Source: a virus (taxonomy: Duplodnaviria > Caudoviricetes). Taken from it: a stretch of 58,240 nt of DNA. Positions 30,423 through 38,817 of the stretch are shown here, piece after piece. The notes below the pieces were generated by a model that saw nothing but the letters and a program-made list of their open reading frames with translations, was not told the origin of the DNA and did not search any database. Position 1 is the first letter of the stretch. Every line of letters begins with the position of its first letter. Made by a program: the position numbers and the translations under genes. The stretch lies in IMG/VR virus record IMGVR_UViG_3300046167_000591, positions 1 to 58,240 of that record, one strand, 5' to 3'.

Positions 30423-31038
30423 TAAGTTGACGATTTAATAATTCTTTTTCTTTTTTAAGCTCATTGCTCATATTTCTATGTATTGTTCTTGTAGAGCAAT
30501 ATAACAATGTAGCCAGTTTAGAAACAGTAATTTTATTATTATCGTCGTGCAACATAATCATGGCGTCATATATTTCAACATCACCAATTTTTTTACGACC
30601 TATTATACGACCAACAATACTTAGCTTTTCAGAAACAGTTAATCCACTGTTGTCTTTAAATATGATTTTTCTAAGTTTATTTTTAGGTGGTCTATCAAGA
30701 TCTTGCATGCTAACTTCATAGATTATATTCTCTAAAGTTAATTTAGGTATTGTGAATGTAATAAAACCATTTGACTTATTCACTATAAAATCCACTAAAT
30801 TTTCAAAATCAGTTTGATCAAGCTGTGGATTAAGATACCATAATACATATAAATGCCATTTCAATGACTTATAAGTATTAATCTTAGCTTTGCTGTTAAA
30901 TAAAGAATAACATTGATAAGTACCTTCTTCATAGTAATAACCCCAAGTATAAACCGTAGTAGGCTTATCAGTAGCTGGATCTCTTCTATAAATTATTCTG
31001 TTCTTAATTAAATATGTTAAATCTCTATTGTGTGACAT
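30409..31038 (-). CDS. DNA-binding protein with C-terminal HTH (possible replication initiator or regulator)
   Basis: KITVSKLATLLYCSTRTIHRNM HTH. Its start codon lies inside a 48-bp palindrome. Confidence 0.6.
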   Translation of the reverse strand: MSHNRDLTYLIKNRIIYRRDPATDKPTTVYTWGYYYEEGTYQCYSLFNSKAKINTYKSLKWHLYVLWYLNPQLDQTDFENLVDFIVNKSNGFITFTIPKLTLENIIYEVSMQDLDRPPKNKLRKIIFKDNSGLTVSEKLSIVGRIIGRKKIGDVEIYDAMIMLHDDNNKITVSKLATLLYCSTRTIHRNMSNELKKEKELLNRQLNEKV

Positions 31039-31078
31039 TAGCCCCTTACTAATAATTACTTAACGAGCTATTGTCGCA
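31031..31078. promoter_or_regulatory. Spaced palindrome, copy 1
   Basis: TGTGACATTAGC-N24-GCTATTGTCGCA. Confidence 0.65.
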
Positions 31079-31180
31079 TTCTAGCTCTTTAGTTTTCGCT
31101 TCGCTTATTTCTTCAATGCTTACTTGACTCATATACCATCTTATATATTCATCATAATACTTTTCTTTATAATATCCCAT
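31049..31180 (-). CDS. Small hypothetical protein (43 aa)
   Basis: Hand-translated MGYYKEKYYDEYIRWYMSQVSIEEISEAKTKELECDNSSLSNY*. Confidence 0.5.
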   Translation of the reverse strand: MGYYKEKYYDEYIRWYMSQVSIEEISEAKTKELECDNSSLSNY

Positions 31181-31291
31181 TACTTAAATAATTTACTTAT
31201 TGCAGGCAAAGCCCAAAATAATATTCCATAACTTAATGCCCATACTATGTGTAACATAAGCACTATACTTAACCAAAAAACATTACTTCTT

Positions 31292-31588
31292 TTATTCATA
31301 CTTTTTTAATTCTCTTTCAATTATATCTAACTTATCTTTTACTTCTTTAGCTTTTAAATATTTTTCATCAGCCTCGTAAGATAATAATAATTCTTGTAAC
31401 TTTTCTTTTTCTTGCAATAGAAAATCTTTTTCAGTACTAAAATTTATTTCTAAATTTTTATTACTACTAGCAAGCTCTTCAAGTTCTAATTTAAATTGCT
31501 CGTCATATTCTTTTTGTTTGTCTAATACTTTTTCAGCTATTAGTTCTGCTAGCTGTAGCAACTGTTCTTCGTTTAGTCTAAACTCCAT
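31292..31588 (-). CDS. Hypothetical coiled-coil protein (UVR-like C-terminus)
   Basis: E/K/L-rich, with EKYLKAKEVKDKL. Confidence 0.65.
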   Translation of the reverse strand: MEFRLNEEQLLQLAELIAEKVLDKQKEYDEQFKLELEELASSNKNLEINFSTEKDFLLQEKEKLQELLLSYEADEKYLKAKEVKDKLDIIERELKKYE

Positions 31589-31858
31589 TTATTTTTTATT
31601 TACTAATTTATAATATTCATATTCAAAGTCATACTTTATATCTCTACCGGCTCGGCTGTTAAAGTTGTAACTATGTGTATATAATTCTTGTATTGGTTCG
31701 TTCTCGATCATAAAATGAAAGACCTGTGATGGACTAACATTATATTTTTTAGCTATTAACCTACATGCGCTAACAAAAGCTTTTAAATCGTGTTTAATGG
31801 CTCCATAATTAGTTTGTAAGTATGATTTAGCTGTTTTAATTCCTAGTCTTTGTATCAT
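31589..31858 (-). CDS. Hypothetical protein
   Basis: ORF in a tightly packed operon. Confidence 0.7.
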   Translation of the reverse strand: MIQRLGIKTAKSYLQTNYGAIKHDLKAFVSACRLIAKKYNVSPSQVFHFMIENEPIQELYTHSYNFNSRAGRDIKYDFEYEYYKLVNKK

Positions 31859-32079
31859 AGTCTAATTTTTGCTAATAAATCTTGTACATTAAAATAAGCA
31901 TCTTTCTTGCCTTCATAAAATCTTTTTAGTTCATCACTACGATCATTGCCATCATTTAAAACACCTACAGTTGCAAATAATCTGTTATTAATATCTTTAT
32001 ATATAATATCTATAGCTTCTTCAACTTCAGGATTGATGTTGCATAATTGTTTAATTCTTTTTGTTTCTTCTGTATTCAT
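31855..32079 (-). CDS. Hypothetical protein
   Basis: ORF with ATGA overlap. Confidence 0.7.
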   Translation of the reverse strand: MNTEETKRIKQLCNINPEVEEAIDIIYKDINNRLFATVGVLNDGNDRSDELKRFYEGKKDAYFNVQDLLAKIRL

Positions 32080-32080
32080 A

Positions 32081-32554
32081 TTAAAAAGGTTTAGTAGTGT
32101 ATAGCAATTCTTTTTTAGTATTGCAACACGATTGTTTTTCGTTTATATAATAATTCCAGTAACCATCAACAGCGTCGTCAGATTTGTATTCGTCAGGCAT
32201 ACACTGAGGTGGTTGTTCAAAGCCGTTGTTAATTAGATCGCCGGGTGCAATACTTAATATATCTCGGCATTTAGCAATAGTTAAATGTTCACGCCCATAA
32301 CGCTTTTTATATTCAGCACCAAGTGCTAACATATGTTCATACAACCAAGCATAGTGCATTAAAGAACGTCTAGCCCATATTGCAGAAGGGTGATTGCGAT
32401 GTGTAGCTTTATATGGTACGTCAACATCAGATTGTAACTCGTGATGAGCAGTACATAATAATTGTGCTGATTCAAGTATCATTTTAACTACATGTTTATT
32501 GTATTGATACTGAGCTGCTTGTGCAGGATTGTTGGATAAATAAAATATATTCAT
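32081..32554 (-). CDS. Pyrimidine-dimer DNA glycosylase (DenV-like) family protein
   Basis: MNIFYL...KHVVKMILESAQLLCTAH...YKATHRNHPSAIWAR...EYKKRYGREH...PPQCMPDEYK. Confidence 0.8.
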   Translation of the reverse strand: MNIFYLSNNPAQAAQYQYNKHVVKMILESAQLLCTAHHELQSDVDVPYKATHRNHPSAIWARRSLMHYAWLYEHMLALGAEYKKRYGREHLTIAKCRDILSIAPGDLINNGFEQPPQCMPDEYKSDDAVDGYWNYYINEKQSCCNTKKELLYTTKPF

Positions 32555-32570
32555 TGTATTTGTTTTATAT

Positions 32571-32602
32571 TAATATCAATTTTAATTCGTATTAAGTTTG
32601 TA
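32571..32602 (-). promoter_or_regulatory. Early promoter-like motif, copy 1 of 11
   Basis: Sense consensus TACAAAYTAAATACGA-N7-TTGATATTA. Upstream of ATG 32554. Confidence 0.75.
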
Positions 32603-33043
32603 TTTTTTTATATTTTGTTGATCAAGCCAATATATTAATGCGTCTACTTCAACATATAAACGCTTTTCAAATATAAACACAAGACCATCAAAGCCATCTA
32701 GGTTTTCACCGTTATGTGTATGCCAGAACGGAAATTTACGTGGATCATACTTAATAGATACATAGTTGCCGTTTAAAAATTCATTTTCACTGTGCATTAG
32801 ATATTGATCGTTAGCACATGCTAAACCGTTAGTACTTGCAATCCAAGCACATACAGTTTTATTTTCACCGCTGTGTATTTTTTCAGCAACCTTACGATTG
32901 TTGTGTAGCTTACCTCTAATTATACCGTAGAAGTTTTCAGTAGGAAAGTATGTAACTGTTTTACCGTCAGCTTTACGATATTGCCACTTCATATAGTTTT
33001 CACCTCTAGCTAAGTGAAATCGTAGTTTGTGTTTAGTACTCAT
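32582..33043 (-). CDS. Hypothetical early protein
   Basis: 153-aa ORF (RFHLARGENYMKWQ...KTVCAWI). Confidence 0.75.
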   Translation of the reverse strand: MSTKHKLRFHLARGENYMKWQYRKADGKTVTYFPTENFYGIIRGKLHNNRKVAEKIHSGENKTVCAWIASTNGLACANDQYLMHSENEFLNGNYVSIKYDPRKFPFWHTHNGENLDGFDGLVFIFEKRLYVEVDALIYWLDQQNIKKYKLNTN

Positions 33044-33275
33044 CGTTGTGTATGTTTATTAATTCGTTTTCTAATTGTGTTACCATGTGGTTAGATAGTA
33101 GCTCGTATATACATTGAGCATCATTACCTACCGCTATCTTATGTATTTCAGCTATATCAGGTGAACCGGCATAATCATATGTTTGATCTTCGCCTTGCTC
33201 GAAATAGTATTGCACATTAAGTACAACACCATAAAACATTATTTCTCTCTCAAACTCGTTAGTATTTGTTGCCAT
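33033..33275 (-). CDS. Hypothetical acidic early protein
   Basis: 80-aa ORF. Confidence 0.7.
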   Translation of the reverse strand: MATNTNEFEREIMFYGVVLNVQYYFEQGEDQTYDYAGSPDIAEIHKIAVGNDAQCIYELLSNHMVTQLENELINIHNDEY

Positions 33276-33381
33276 CTGTTTTTTCTTTTTAATTCTGCAG
33301 CAGACTTTCTTGCTGACAGAGTGTTTTTATTTTCTATTTTATATCCTGTTATAGGATTTATACCGTGGTCCCAAAAGTTTT

Positions 33382-33651
33382 TTACCATCTTCCTTTGTTT
33401 TTCTTTTTTATTTTATTAATTATTTTAAGTGATTCAAATATATGTGGATCAAACATTTTTACTTCATCGTTTATATCGTAGTCATCATGTATAGGAAAGT
33501 TATAATAAAACTTAAATAGCTCTTCTATTTTTATAATGTTTTCTTGGTATAAGTGATCGTCAATCATACCTTCTTCCCATAAACCGTTATTAAGTCGAAG
33601 CCTGTCTAACAGTCTTACAAACTCGTTTTTAAAGTATACGTAGTCGTTCAT
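33382..33651 (-). CDS. Hypothetical early protein
   Basis: 89-aa ORF. Confidence 0.65.
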   Translation of the reverse strand: MNDYVYFKNEFVRLLDRLRLNNGLWEEGMIDDHLYQENIIKIEELFKFYYNFPIHDDYDINDEVKMFDPHIFESLKIINKIKKKNKGRW

Positions 33652-33653
33652 AA

Positions 33654-34259
33654 TTAATGAATAACTAGTCCGACGCGGTGATTATCGCTAAACCACTTTG
33701 TTGCATAAAGATCTGTCTTTGAAGCATTTACGTAGTTTGAATTTTGCAAATCTTCGAGGGAGCTGAATATTTTTGTATGACGGTGTATAGCATGGTCGAT
33801 TAAGTCGACTTGCTTACCACTATCGCTAAAAATAATATCGTAGTTGTCAGGAAGATCAGCATTAAGTAATAACTGAATAGAGTTGGTGTAACTGTAAAAC
33901 CGTACATTTGGATTGCTTTTAGCTATCTCGAGCCACTTTTTTAGATATGCTTTACTGTAATAGTCTCCGCTATCATGAACTCGAACATAGTTGGGTTTAG
34001 CTTTTTTAATTTCAGCATTCATTGCATCTATAAACTGATCTGTCTTACTTAGCTCATATCGCTTTTCAAATGCAGGTTTTACATTACCCCATATATAAGC
34101 ACCTTTACGTGCATAACAAAACTTGACACACTTATCAGCAAAGGGACATGTTAGTTTACCCGATGCGCTTTTATAAGCTGGTATGCCAAAGTTCATTACT
34201 TTAACACCAAGGGCTTTGCTAGTATTTTTTAATTTAGAGTTTTGTGTTAATAGTTTCAT
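33654..34259 (-). CDS. GP88-family Cys-motif (radical-SAM-like) protein
   Basis: LLTQNSKLK, TCPFADKCVKFCYA, VRVHDSGDYYS, FYSYT. Confidence 0.75.
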   Translation of the reverse strand: MKLLTQNSKLKNTSKALGVKVMNFGIPAYKSASGKLTCPFADKCVKFCYARKGAYIWGNVKPAFEKRYELSKTDQFIDAMNAEIKKAKPNYVRVHDSGDYYSKAYLKKWLEIAKSNPNVRFYSYTNSIQLLLNADLPDNYDIIFSDSGKQVDLIDHAIHRHTKIFSSLEDLQNSNYVNASKTDLYATKWFSDNHRVGLVIH

Positions 34260-34282
34260 AATATAATTATTTAATTCAGTTA

Positions 34283-34314
34283 TAATATCAATATACTTTC
34301 GTATTTAATTCGTA
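34283..34314 (-). promoter_or_regulatory. Early promoter-like motif, copy 2
   Basis: + strand TAATATCAATATACTTTCGTATTTAATTCGTA. Confidence 0.75.
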
Positions 34315-34449
34315 TTATCCAATACCAAAGTATTTAAGTTCTATATACTCAGATTCTTCTTGCAAACCTAAGTCTTGCATCATAGCCCAAACCCCATCGG
34401 GGTCTGAGATTTCTATGAGCTGATCTATCATTTCAGGTGTGTACTTCAT
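34315..34449 (-). CDS. Small acidic protein (44 aa)
   Basis: Hand-translated MKYTPEMIDQLIEISDPDGVWAMMQDLGLQEESEYIELKYFGIG*. Confidence 0.65.
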   Translation of the reverse strand: MKYTPEMIDQLIEISDPDGVWAMMQDLGLQEESEYIELKYFGIG

Positions 34450-34473
34450 TACTTATATGCTTCAGCTTCATCT

Positions 34474-34974
34474 TCACAATAAACATGTAGTTAAAATGAT
34501 ACTTGAATCAGCAGCTAACTCTTTTATAGCATCAGCTAATTTATTGAGTAATTTAGGTCTGAAGTCATCGATGTCTTCATCGGCAGCCATCAAACTTTTA
34601 AACTCTTCGTTGTCTGTTAAAAATTCTGTAGCTAAACTATGCATAAGTGGGAATACATCTTTTTCAACTGTTTGTGTAGTAAACTCGAGAAACATTTCAT
34701 CGATCTTTTCAGTACTAATACCATACCACATTTCTTGCCACTCAGGCTCAAGGTGTTCATCACATGAGAATGTGTGACCATTTTCAATTAAGTCTATTAC
34801 TTCATCTCTTGCACTTGCTTCATTCATAAATACTTTTACATATTGATGATTATCTGATACAGTATAGATGCCATAACCGTCTTCTGTTGTGTCTTCACAT
34901 ACATTGTAGTAGTGTGGATTAAACTCTTCTAATTTAGCTCCGTAGTAACTTAATACTTGGTTTTTGTGGTCCAT
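34474..34974 (-). CDS. Acidic early protein whose 3' end is interrupted by a 37-nt insertion
   Basis: D/E-rich. Without the insert the ORF would end ELAEDEAEAYK* at 34449. Confidence 0.75.
   Translation of the reverse strand: MDHKNQVLSYYGAKLEEFNPHYYNVCEDTTEDGYGIYTVSDNHQYVKVFMNEASARDEVIDLIENGHTFSCDEHLEPEWQEMWYGISTEKIDEMFLEFTTQTVEKDVFPLMHSLATEFLTDNEEFKSLMAADEDIDDFRPKLLNKLADAIKELAADSSIILTTCLL
34476..34513. repeat. Perfect 38-bp inverted copy of 32465-32502
   Basis: ACAATAAACATGTAGTTAAAATGATACTTGAATCAGCA is the exact reverse complement of 32465-32502. Confidence 0.95.
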
Positions 34975-35228
34975 TATCTTTCAATATTAAAAGTTATACC
35001 ATTACATTTTACAGACAGTACACTTGATTTATCAAATGATCTGTAAGCATTTGCATTCATATCAAACACAGTAATTAAATGATCAGGCTTTCGCACACCA
35101 CTACCTTTAAGGTTGTTTTGTACATTTAGTCTAGCATTCATGGTACGGATAGCACCATTCTTTTTAATGAATTCTACATTAAAGATTTTGTTGCCAACAA
35201 AGTCGGCTAAGAAATTTTTGTTAATCAT
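34974..35228 (-). CDS. Small SH3/WYL-like beta-barrel protein
   Basis: IFNVEFIKKNGAIRTMNARL...ITVFDMNANAYRSF. Confidence 0.6.
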   Translation of the reverse strand: MINKNFLADFVGNKIFNVEFIKKNGAIRTMNARLNVQNNLKGSGVRKPDHLITVFDMNANAYRSFDKSSVLSVKCNGITFNIER

Positions 35229-35257
35229 AATATTTAATTTAATTTGTTATACATTTA

Positions 35258-35289
35258 TAATATCAATACTGTTTCGTATTTAGTTTGTG
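35258..35289 (-). promoter_or_regulatory. Early promoter-like motif, copy 3
   Basis: TAATATCAATACTGTTTCGTATTTAGTTTGTG. Confidence 0.75.
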
Positions 35290-35294
35290 TTTTT

Positions 35295-35519
35295 TTATTT
35301 TAAATCTTGTTCTACTAACTCTTTTAAGTATAAGTATATATTAACTTGGTTTTTATAGTAATACAAAACTCTATCGGTATGATCTTTGCTTAAATCTGTA
35401 TACAAACCTTTGCTGTAGTTAACTTCATACTCTCTGAGTTCTCTCAAAGCATTTATATACTTTGACCATGCGTGAAAGAAGGCATCTTCTTTTATTTCTT
35501 TACTATAATCTAACAACAT
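35295..35519 (-). CDS. Hypothetical early protein
   Basis: 74-aa ORF. Confidence 0.65.
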   Translation of the reverse strand: MLLDYSKEIKEDAFFHAWSKYINALRELREYEVNYSKGLYTDLSKDHTDRVLYYYKNQVNIYLYLKELVEQDLK

Positions 35520-35790
35520 CTTTTACTTCGGTATTTAAAAATTCTTTGTACTCATCATTTGTAAGGAACCAGTAGGTACCATACAATAACTCAATTTGAT
35601 TGATTTTACTTAGTCTACTGTCAGTAAATGTAGCTAAGCAATGTACTTGGTGTACGGTTAGTCTGTCAAAGAAAGGTGTATCTCTTAACCAAACTTTGAT
35701 CTTGTTTACCATGTCGTCGTATTCAGCGTCTTGACTGTTAAGAGTTGCTGCAAATTCTGGCTTTAGTCTTTTTAATAAATTGTGTATCAT
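35503..35790 (-). CDS. Hypothetical early protein
   Basis: 95-aa ORF downstream of motif copy 4. Confidence 0.7.
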   Translation of the reverse strand: MIHNLLKRLKPEFAATLNSQDAEYDDMVNKIKVWLRDTPFFDRLTVHQVHCLATFTDSRLSKINQIELLYGTYWFLTNDEYKEFLNTEVKDVVRL

Positions 35791-35828
35791 AGTTAATAAT
35801 TTTAAGTTAATAATTTTTTGTTCATAAT

Positions 35829-35860
35829 TAATATCAATACAGCTTCGTATTTAATTTGTA
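35829..35860 (-). promoter_or_regulatory. Early promoter-like motif, copy 4
   Basis: TAATATCAATACAGCTTCGTATTTAATTTGTA. Confidence 0.75.
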
Positions 35861-35864
35861 AACC

Positions 35865-35891
35865 ACGGGGAGGAATTTCACCTCCCGAGTG
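35865..35891 (-). terminator. Possible hairpin/terminator
   Basis: GGGAGG-AATTTCA-CCTCCC stem in intergenic DNA. Confidence 0.45.
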
Positions 35892-35955
35892 ATCTACGAA
35901 CTAAAAAATAATAATTATGAAAACAACCGCAGTGTATAGCACCGCGAAAGTACGT

Positions 35956-36228
35956 TTATAGTATTTCTAATTTTTCTAATAATTCGCTTGATTTCTTTTT
36001 GACCATGTTTTCTAAAAACATATTTTTAAGTGAAAACATTAATTGGTTTCTAAATTCATGAGGTTGCATACATGTAGTACTTTTATCTTTGTCGAAACTA
36101 TAAAAGCTTTTATGACCATAGGTATCGGTTAATTTACCTAAATCGTTTTCAAATTTTTCTATAATTTGCATTAACTCTACAACTGCTTTGTCTCTGATCT
36201 TTTGTTCTATAATATTTAAGTTACTCAT
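35956..36228 (-). CDS. Hypothetical early protein
   Basis: 90-aa ORF. Confidence 0.7.
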   Translation of the reverse strand: MSNLNIIEQKIRDKAVVELMQIIEKFENDLGKLTDTYGHKSFYSFDKDKSTTCMQPHEFRNQLMFSLKNMFLENMVKKKSSELLEKLEIL

Positions 36229-36449
36229 AATATATTGTTTTGTTTATACATTTTTCTTTTGTTATCTAGTAGGTTGTTTAAACTTTTAAAAAGTTGTGAC
36301 TGAATGTCCATTATATACTCTGAACATTTATTATCGGTGGAATTAATTACATTTAGATCAAACAACTCATCAGTTATTAATTCGTAAGTTTCTGAGTATA
36401 CATAGTCAATTAACTTGTATACGATTTCTTCTTTTTGTCTCGGTGTCAT
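36225..36449 (-). CDS. Hypothetical early protein
   Basis: 74-aa ORF with ATGA overlap. Confidence 0.65.
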   Translation of the reverse strand: MTPRQKEEIVYKLIDYVYSETYELITDELFDLNVINSTDNKCSEYIMDIQSQLFKSLNNLLDNKRKMYKQNNIL

Positions 36450-36454
36450 AATTA

Positions 36455-36616
36455 TTAAGTTTTAGAAATATATAATTCTTGTTCAACATTTCTTTCAAGT
36501 ATTATTAATTCTTCGTTGTCTTTATAGAACTCTAACTCTGAGTCATAAGTTTCTTTCATTTGATCAGTGTAGAAAGTAATTAATTCTTGAATAGTGTTTA
36601 AATCTTGTTTAGTCAT
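36455..36616 (-). CDS. Small acidic early protein (53 aa)
   Basis: Hand-translated MTKQDLNTIQELITFYTDQMKETYDSELEFYKDNEELIILERNVEQELYISKT*. Confidence 0.6.
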   Translation of the reverse strand: MTKQDLNTIQELITFYTDQMKETYDSELEFYKDNEELIILERNVEQELYISKT

Positions 36617-36640
36617 AATTATTTATTTAATGTTCAGTTA

Positions 36641-36672
36641 TAATATCAATTTGATCTCGTGTTAAGTTTGTA
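36641..36672 (-). promoter_or_regulatory. Early promoter-like motif, copy 5
   Basis: TAATATCAATTTGATCTCGTGTTAAGTTTGTA. Confidence 0.7.
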
Positions 36673-36675
36673 TTT

Positions 36676-36879
36676 TTATAACTCATCTATAAAATTATAC
36701 AATTCTTCAGTTAAGTTTAGGTTACTGATCTCAGTACCATACCAGTCACTTAGTTCACTGAACACAGTCTCATAAGTTGAATCACTGATCCCACTGATAG
36801 AGTGTATAGCACGGTAACGATCTACTTTTTCTATTACAAATTCTACAATATGTTTTACTTCTAATTCTGTATAAGTCAT
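36676..36879 (-). CDS. Small acidic early protein
   Basis: 67 aa, E/D-rich. Confidence 0.65.
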   Translation of the reverse strand: MTYTELEVKHIVEFVIEKVDRYRAIHSISGISDSTYETVFSELSDWYGTEISNLNLTEELYNFIDEL

Positions 36880-36881
36880 AA

Positions 36882-37151
36882 TTACTGGATTTTAAATTTA
36901 TTTTTTACATTATTAATAAATTCTACTTCTTGTTCTTTAACAATATAGGTTTGATCTTTTTTACTTAATAGACTAAATACTTTTTCAATTAAGTCTTCAT
37001 ATTCTCTAACTACATAACCTTTAGTAAAGTAAGAATTTCTACCTGACTTTTCTATATTATTTACATAGTCAACATTAATTTCTAAACCACTAAGTAAGTT
37101 GTCTACAATAATGGTATATTCACGGTAATTCAATTTGTTTTTGTAATTCAT
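36882..37151 (-). CDS. Hypothetical early protein
   Basis: 89-aa ORF. Confidence 0.65.
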   Translation of the reverse strand: MNYKNKLNYREYTIIVDNLLSGLEINVDYVNNIEKSGRNSYFTKGYVVREYEDLIEKVFSLLSKKDQTYIVKEQEVEFINNVKNKFKIQ

Positions 37152-37153
37152 AA

Positions 37154-37330
37154 TTATTTATTTATAGTTAATGTATATTTTTGTAGTAACATAAGGTATG
37201 TATGATCGTGTAGTATTTGATGTAAAACATCGTCATTTACTTTGTCACAGTATTCACCAAATTCTTGTTGTGAAACTTCAAACTGGTCTTCGAAGTATTC
37301 TTTTAAATAGTCATTAAATGTTATTTTCAT
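37154..37330 (-). CDS. Small early protein (58 aa)
   Basis: Hand-translated MKITFNDYLKEYFEDQFEVSQQEFGEYCDKV... Downstream of motif copy 6. Confidence 0.6.
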   Translation of the reverse strand: MKITFNDYLKEYFEDQFEVSQQEFGEYCDKVNDDVLHQILHDHTYLMLLQKYTLTINK

Positions 37331-37355
37331 AATATATTTATTTTTGATTCATAAT

Positions 37356-37387
37356 TAATATCAATAAGGTATCGTATTTAATTTGTA
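37356..37387 (-). promoter_or_regulatory. Early promoter-like motif, copy 6
   Basis: TAATATCAATAAGGTATCGTATTTAATTTGTA. Confidence 0.75.
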
Positions 37388-37392
37388 ATACT

Positions 37393-37614
37393 TTATCTTC
37401 TAAATTCATTTTCGATCTCTTCTTCTACTTCCCACTCTTCGTACTGTCCATATTCTTTCCACCAATAATGTAGTACTTCACCGTAGGTCATTCTTGAAAC
37501 ATACTGATTACACTGAGCACGGTAAATACCATTTTCAAAAACTACATTGTCTGATAGTACCCAAGACATAAAACTGTTCATTTGGTCAATAGAGTATTCA
37601 TTGAAGTTTTTCAT
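37393..37614 (-). CDS. Small acidic early protein
   Basis: 73 aa, with an E-rich C-terminus. Confidence 0.7.
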   Translation of the reverse strand: MKNFNEYSIDQMNSFMSWVLSDNVVFENGIYRAQCNQYVSRMTYGEVLHYWWKEYGQYEEWEVEEEIENEFRR

Positions 37615-37659
37615 AATTTTTAAATTTTAATTATTATTATTATTATTTAAATTCATATA

Positions 37660-37691
37660 TAATATCAATATTCAATCGTATTTGGTTTGTA
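37660..37691 (-). promoter_or_regulatory. Early promoter-like motif, copy 7
   Basis: TAATATCAATATTCAATCGTATTTGGTTTGTA. Confidence 0.75.
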
Positions 37692-37818
37692 AAACCGTTT
37701 GACTAAAGGTTATAAAATATTTGGGTGAAGAAAGGGTATAGGGTGTTATAACGAGAGATCTCTAAGTACCTTACTCTCCGAAAGTTCACAGTGATATTTT
37801 TTTTTGGACTTAAAAAAC

Positions 37819-37867
37819 TGTGACAATAGCCTATTATAGGTTAATATAGTAGGGGGCTAACGTCGCA
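37819..37867. promoter_or_regulatory. Spaced palindrome, copy 2, in a ~325-bp non-coding region (candidate origin)
   Basis: TGTGACAATAGCC-N23-GGCTAACGTCGCA. Confidence 0.65.
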
Positions 37868-38018
37868 CTTTTCGAAGATGGTAATTTTGATCGGTTTTTC
37901 TTAGTTAACTTGATTCACCGTGTATAGCATGTATAGTAAAAGTAGGACGGAGTCTACTCTTCCGGTCTTATTTCAGAACCAGGCCGTGTACAGCATGTAT
38001 AGCACCGAAGTGCCTACA

Positions 38019-38126
38019 TTACTTTCTCAAAGCATAGCCAGCACCTTTTGCTAGCTCAGTCAAGACTACTTCTAGTCTGTTAAAAAATCTACGGATCTTG
38101 ATTGCTCGGATAACTTTTTTGTTCAT
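38019..38126 (-). CDS. Small basic peptide (35 aa)
   Basis: Hand-translated MNKKVIRAIKIRRFFNRLEVVLTELAKGAGYALRK*. Confidence 0.55.
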   Translation of the reverse strand: MNKKVIRAIKIRRFFNRLEVVLTELAKGAGYALRK

Positions 38127-38128
38127 AA

Positions 38129-38335
38129 TTATTGTTTTGTAAATGTTATTGGGCAGCAGTCTGCCATTCTCATTGCTAGTCTGTTACCAGCATTTGCTTG
38201 TCTTGCGATCAATGTTGCAAGGTCGTCTTGCATTACAGTTAATTCTTCTTGCCATATCATATCTGATAGGAAAAATTCATCGCCTAATATTTTTGCGATA
38301 GCTTGTACGAATTGTGTTTCTGGCATTTGTTGCAT
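38129..38335 (-). CDS. Hypothetical early protein
   Basis: 68-aa ORF with an A-rich leader. Confidence 0.7.
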   Translation of the reverse strand: MQQMPETQFVQAIAKILGDEFFLSDMIWQEELTVMQDDLATLIARQANAGNRLAMRMADCCPITFTKQ

Positions 38336-38398
38336 AATTATTTATTTTAAGTTATTATTTATTTTGTGGTGTATAGCACCCGAAGGTGAAACCTAAAT

Positions 38399-38734
38399 CT
38401 ACTTTTTAGTAGACTTAGATTTTTTAGGTTCAACAATTTCAATTACTGAATCAGAAGTTAATACTGATTTTGGTAGATTAGTTGATTGTGACCAATACTT
38501 TCTTTTTAACCAGTTTGGACTGAATTGTAATGTTGGTATCATTACTTCTAAAGCTTTGTCATGGTCATAAGTTATTGTTTGACCTTTTTTGTTGGTAAAA
38601 GTTATGATTTGATTTCGACCTAACCAACTTTCACGGATTACAAAATTCTTTCTATTCATCGGTGGAAATACTTTTCTTTTTTCTTCGATAGACATTGTTT
38701 TTAATGCTTGGGTAATTAATTCTTGTTTAGTCAT
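38399..38734 (-). CDS. Hypothetical early protein
   Basis: 111-aa ORF downstream of motif copy 8. Confidence 0.75.
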   Translation of the reverse strand: MTKQELITQALKTMSIEEKRKVFPPMNRKNFVIRESWLGRNQIITFTNKKGQTITYDHDKALEVMIPTLQFSPNWLKRKYWSQSTNLPKSVLTSDSVIEIVEPKKSKSTKK

Positions 38735-38781
38735 AATTATTAAATTTTAAGTTATTATTATTTTTATTTTAGTTACATTAT

Positions 38782-38813
38782 TAATATCGATTATACTTCG
38801 TATTTAGTTTGTA
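38782..38813 (-). promoter_or_regulatory. Early promoter-like motif, copy 8
   Basis: TAATATCGATTATACTTCGTATTTAGTTTGTA. Confidence 0.75.
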
Positions 38814-38817
38814 CTTT

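Noticed and set aside
34439-34777. + strand ORF containing NKHVVKMILESA as a second glycosylase
   Set aside because: Only the 38-bp inverted insert matches. The remainder is antisense to a real gene.
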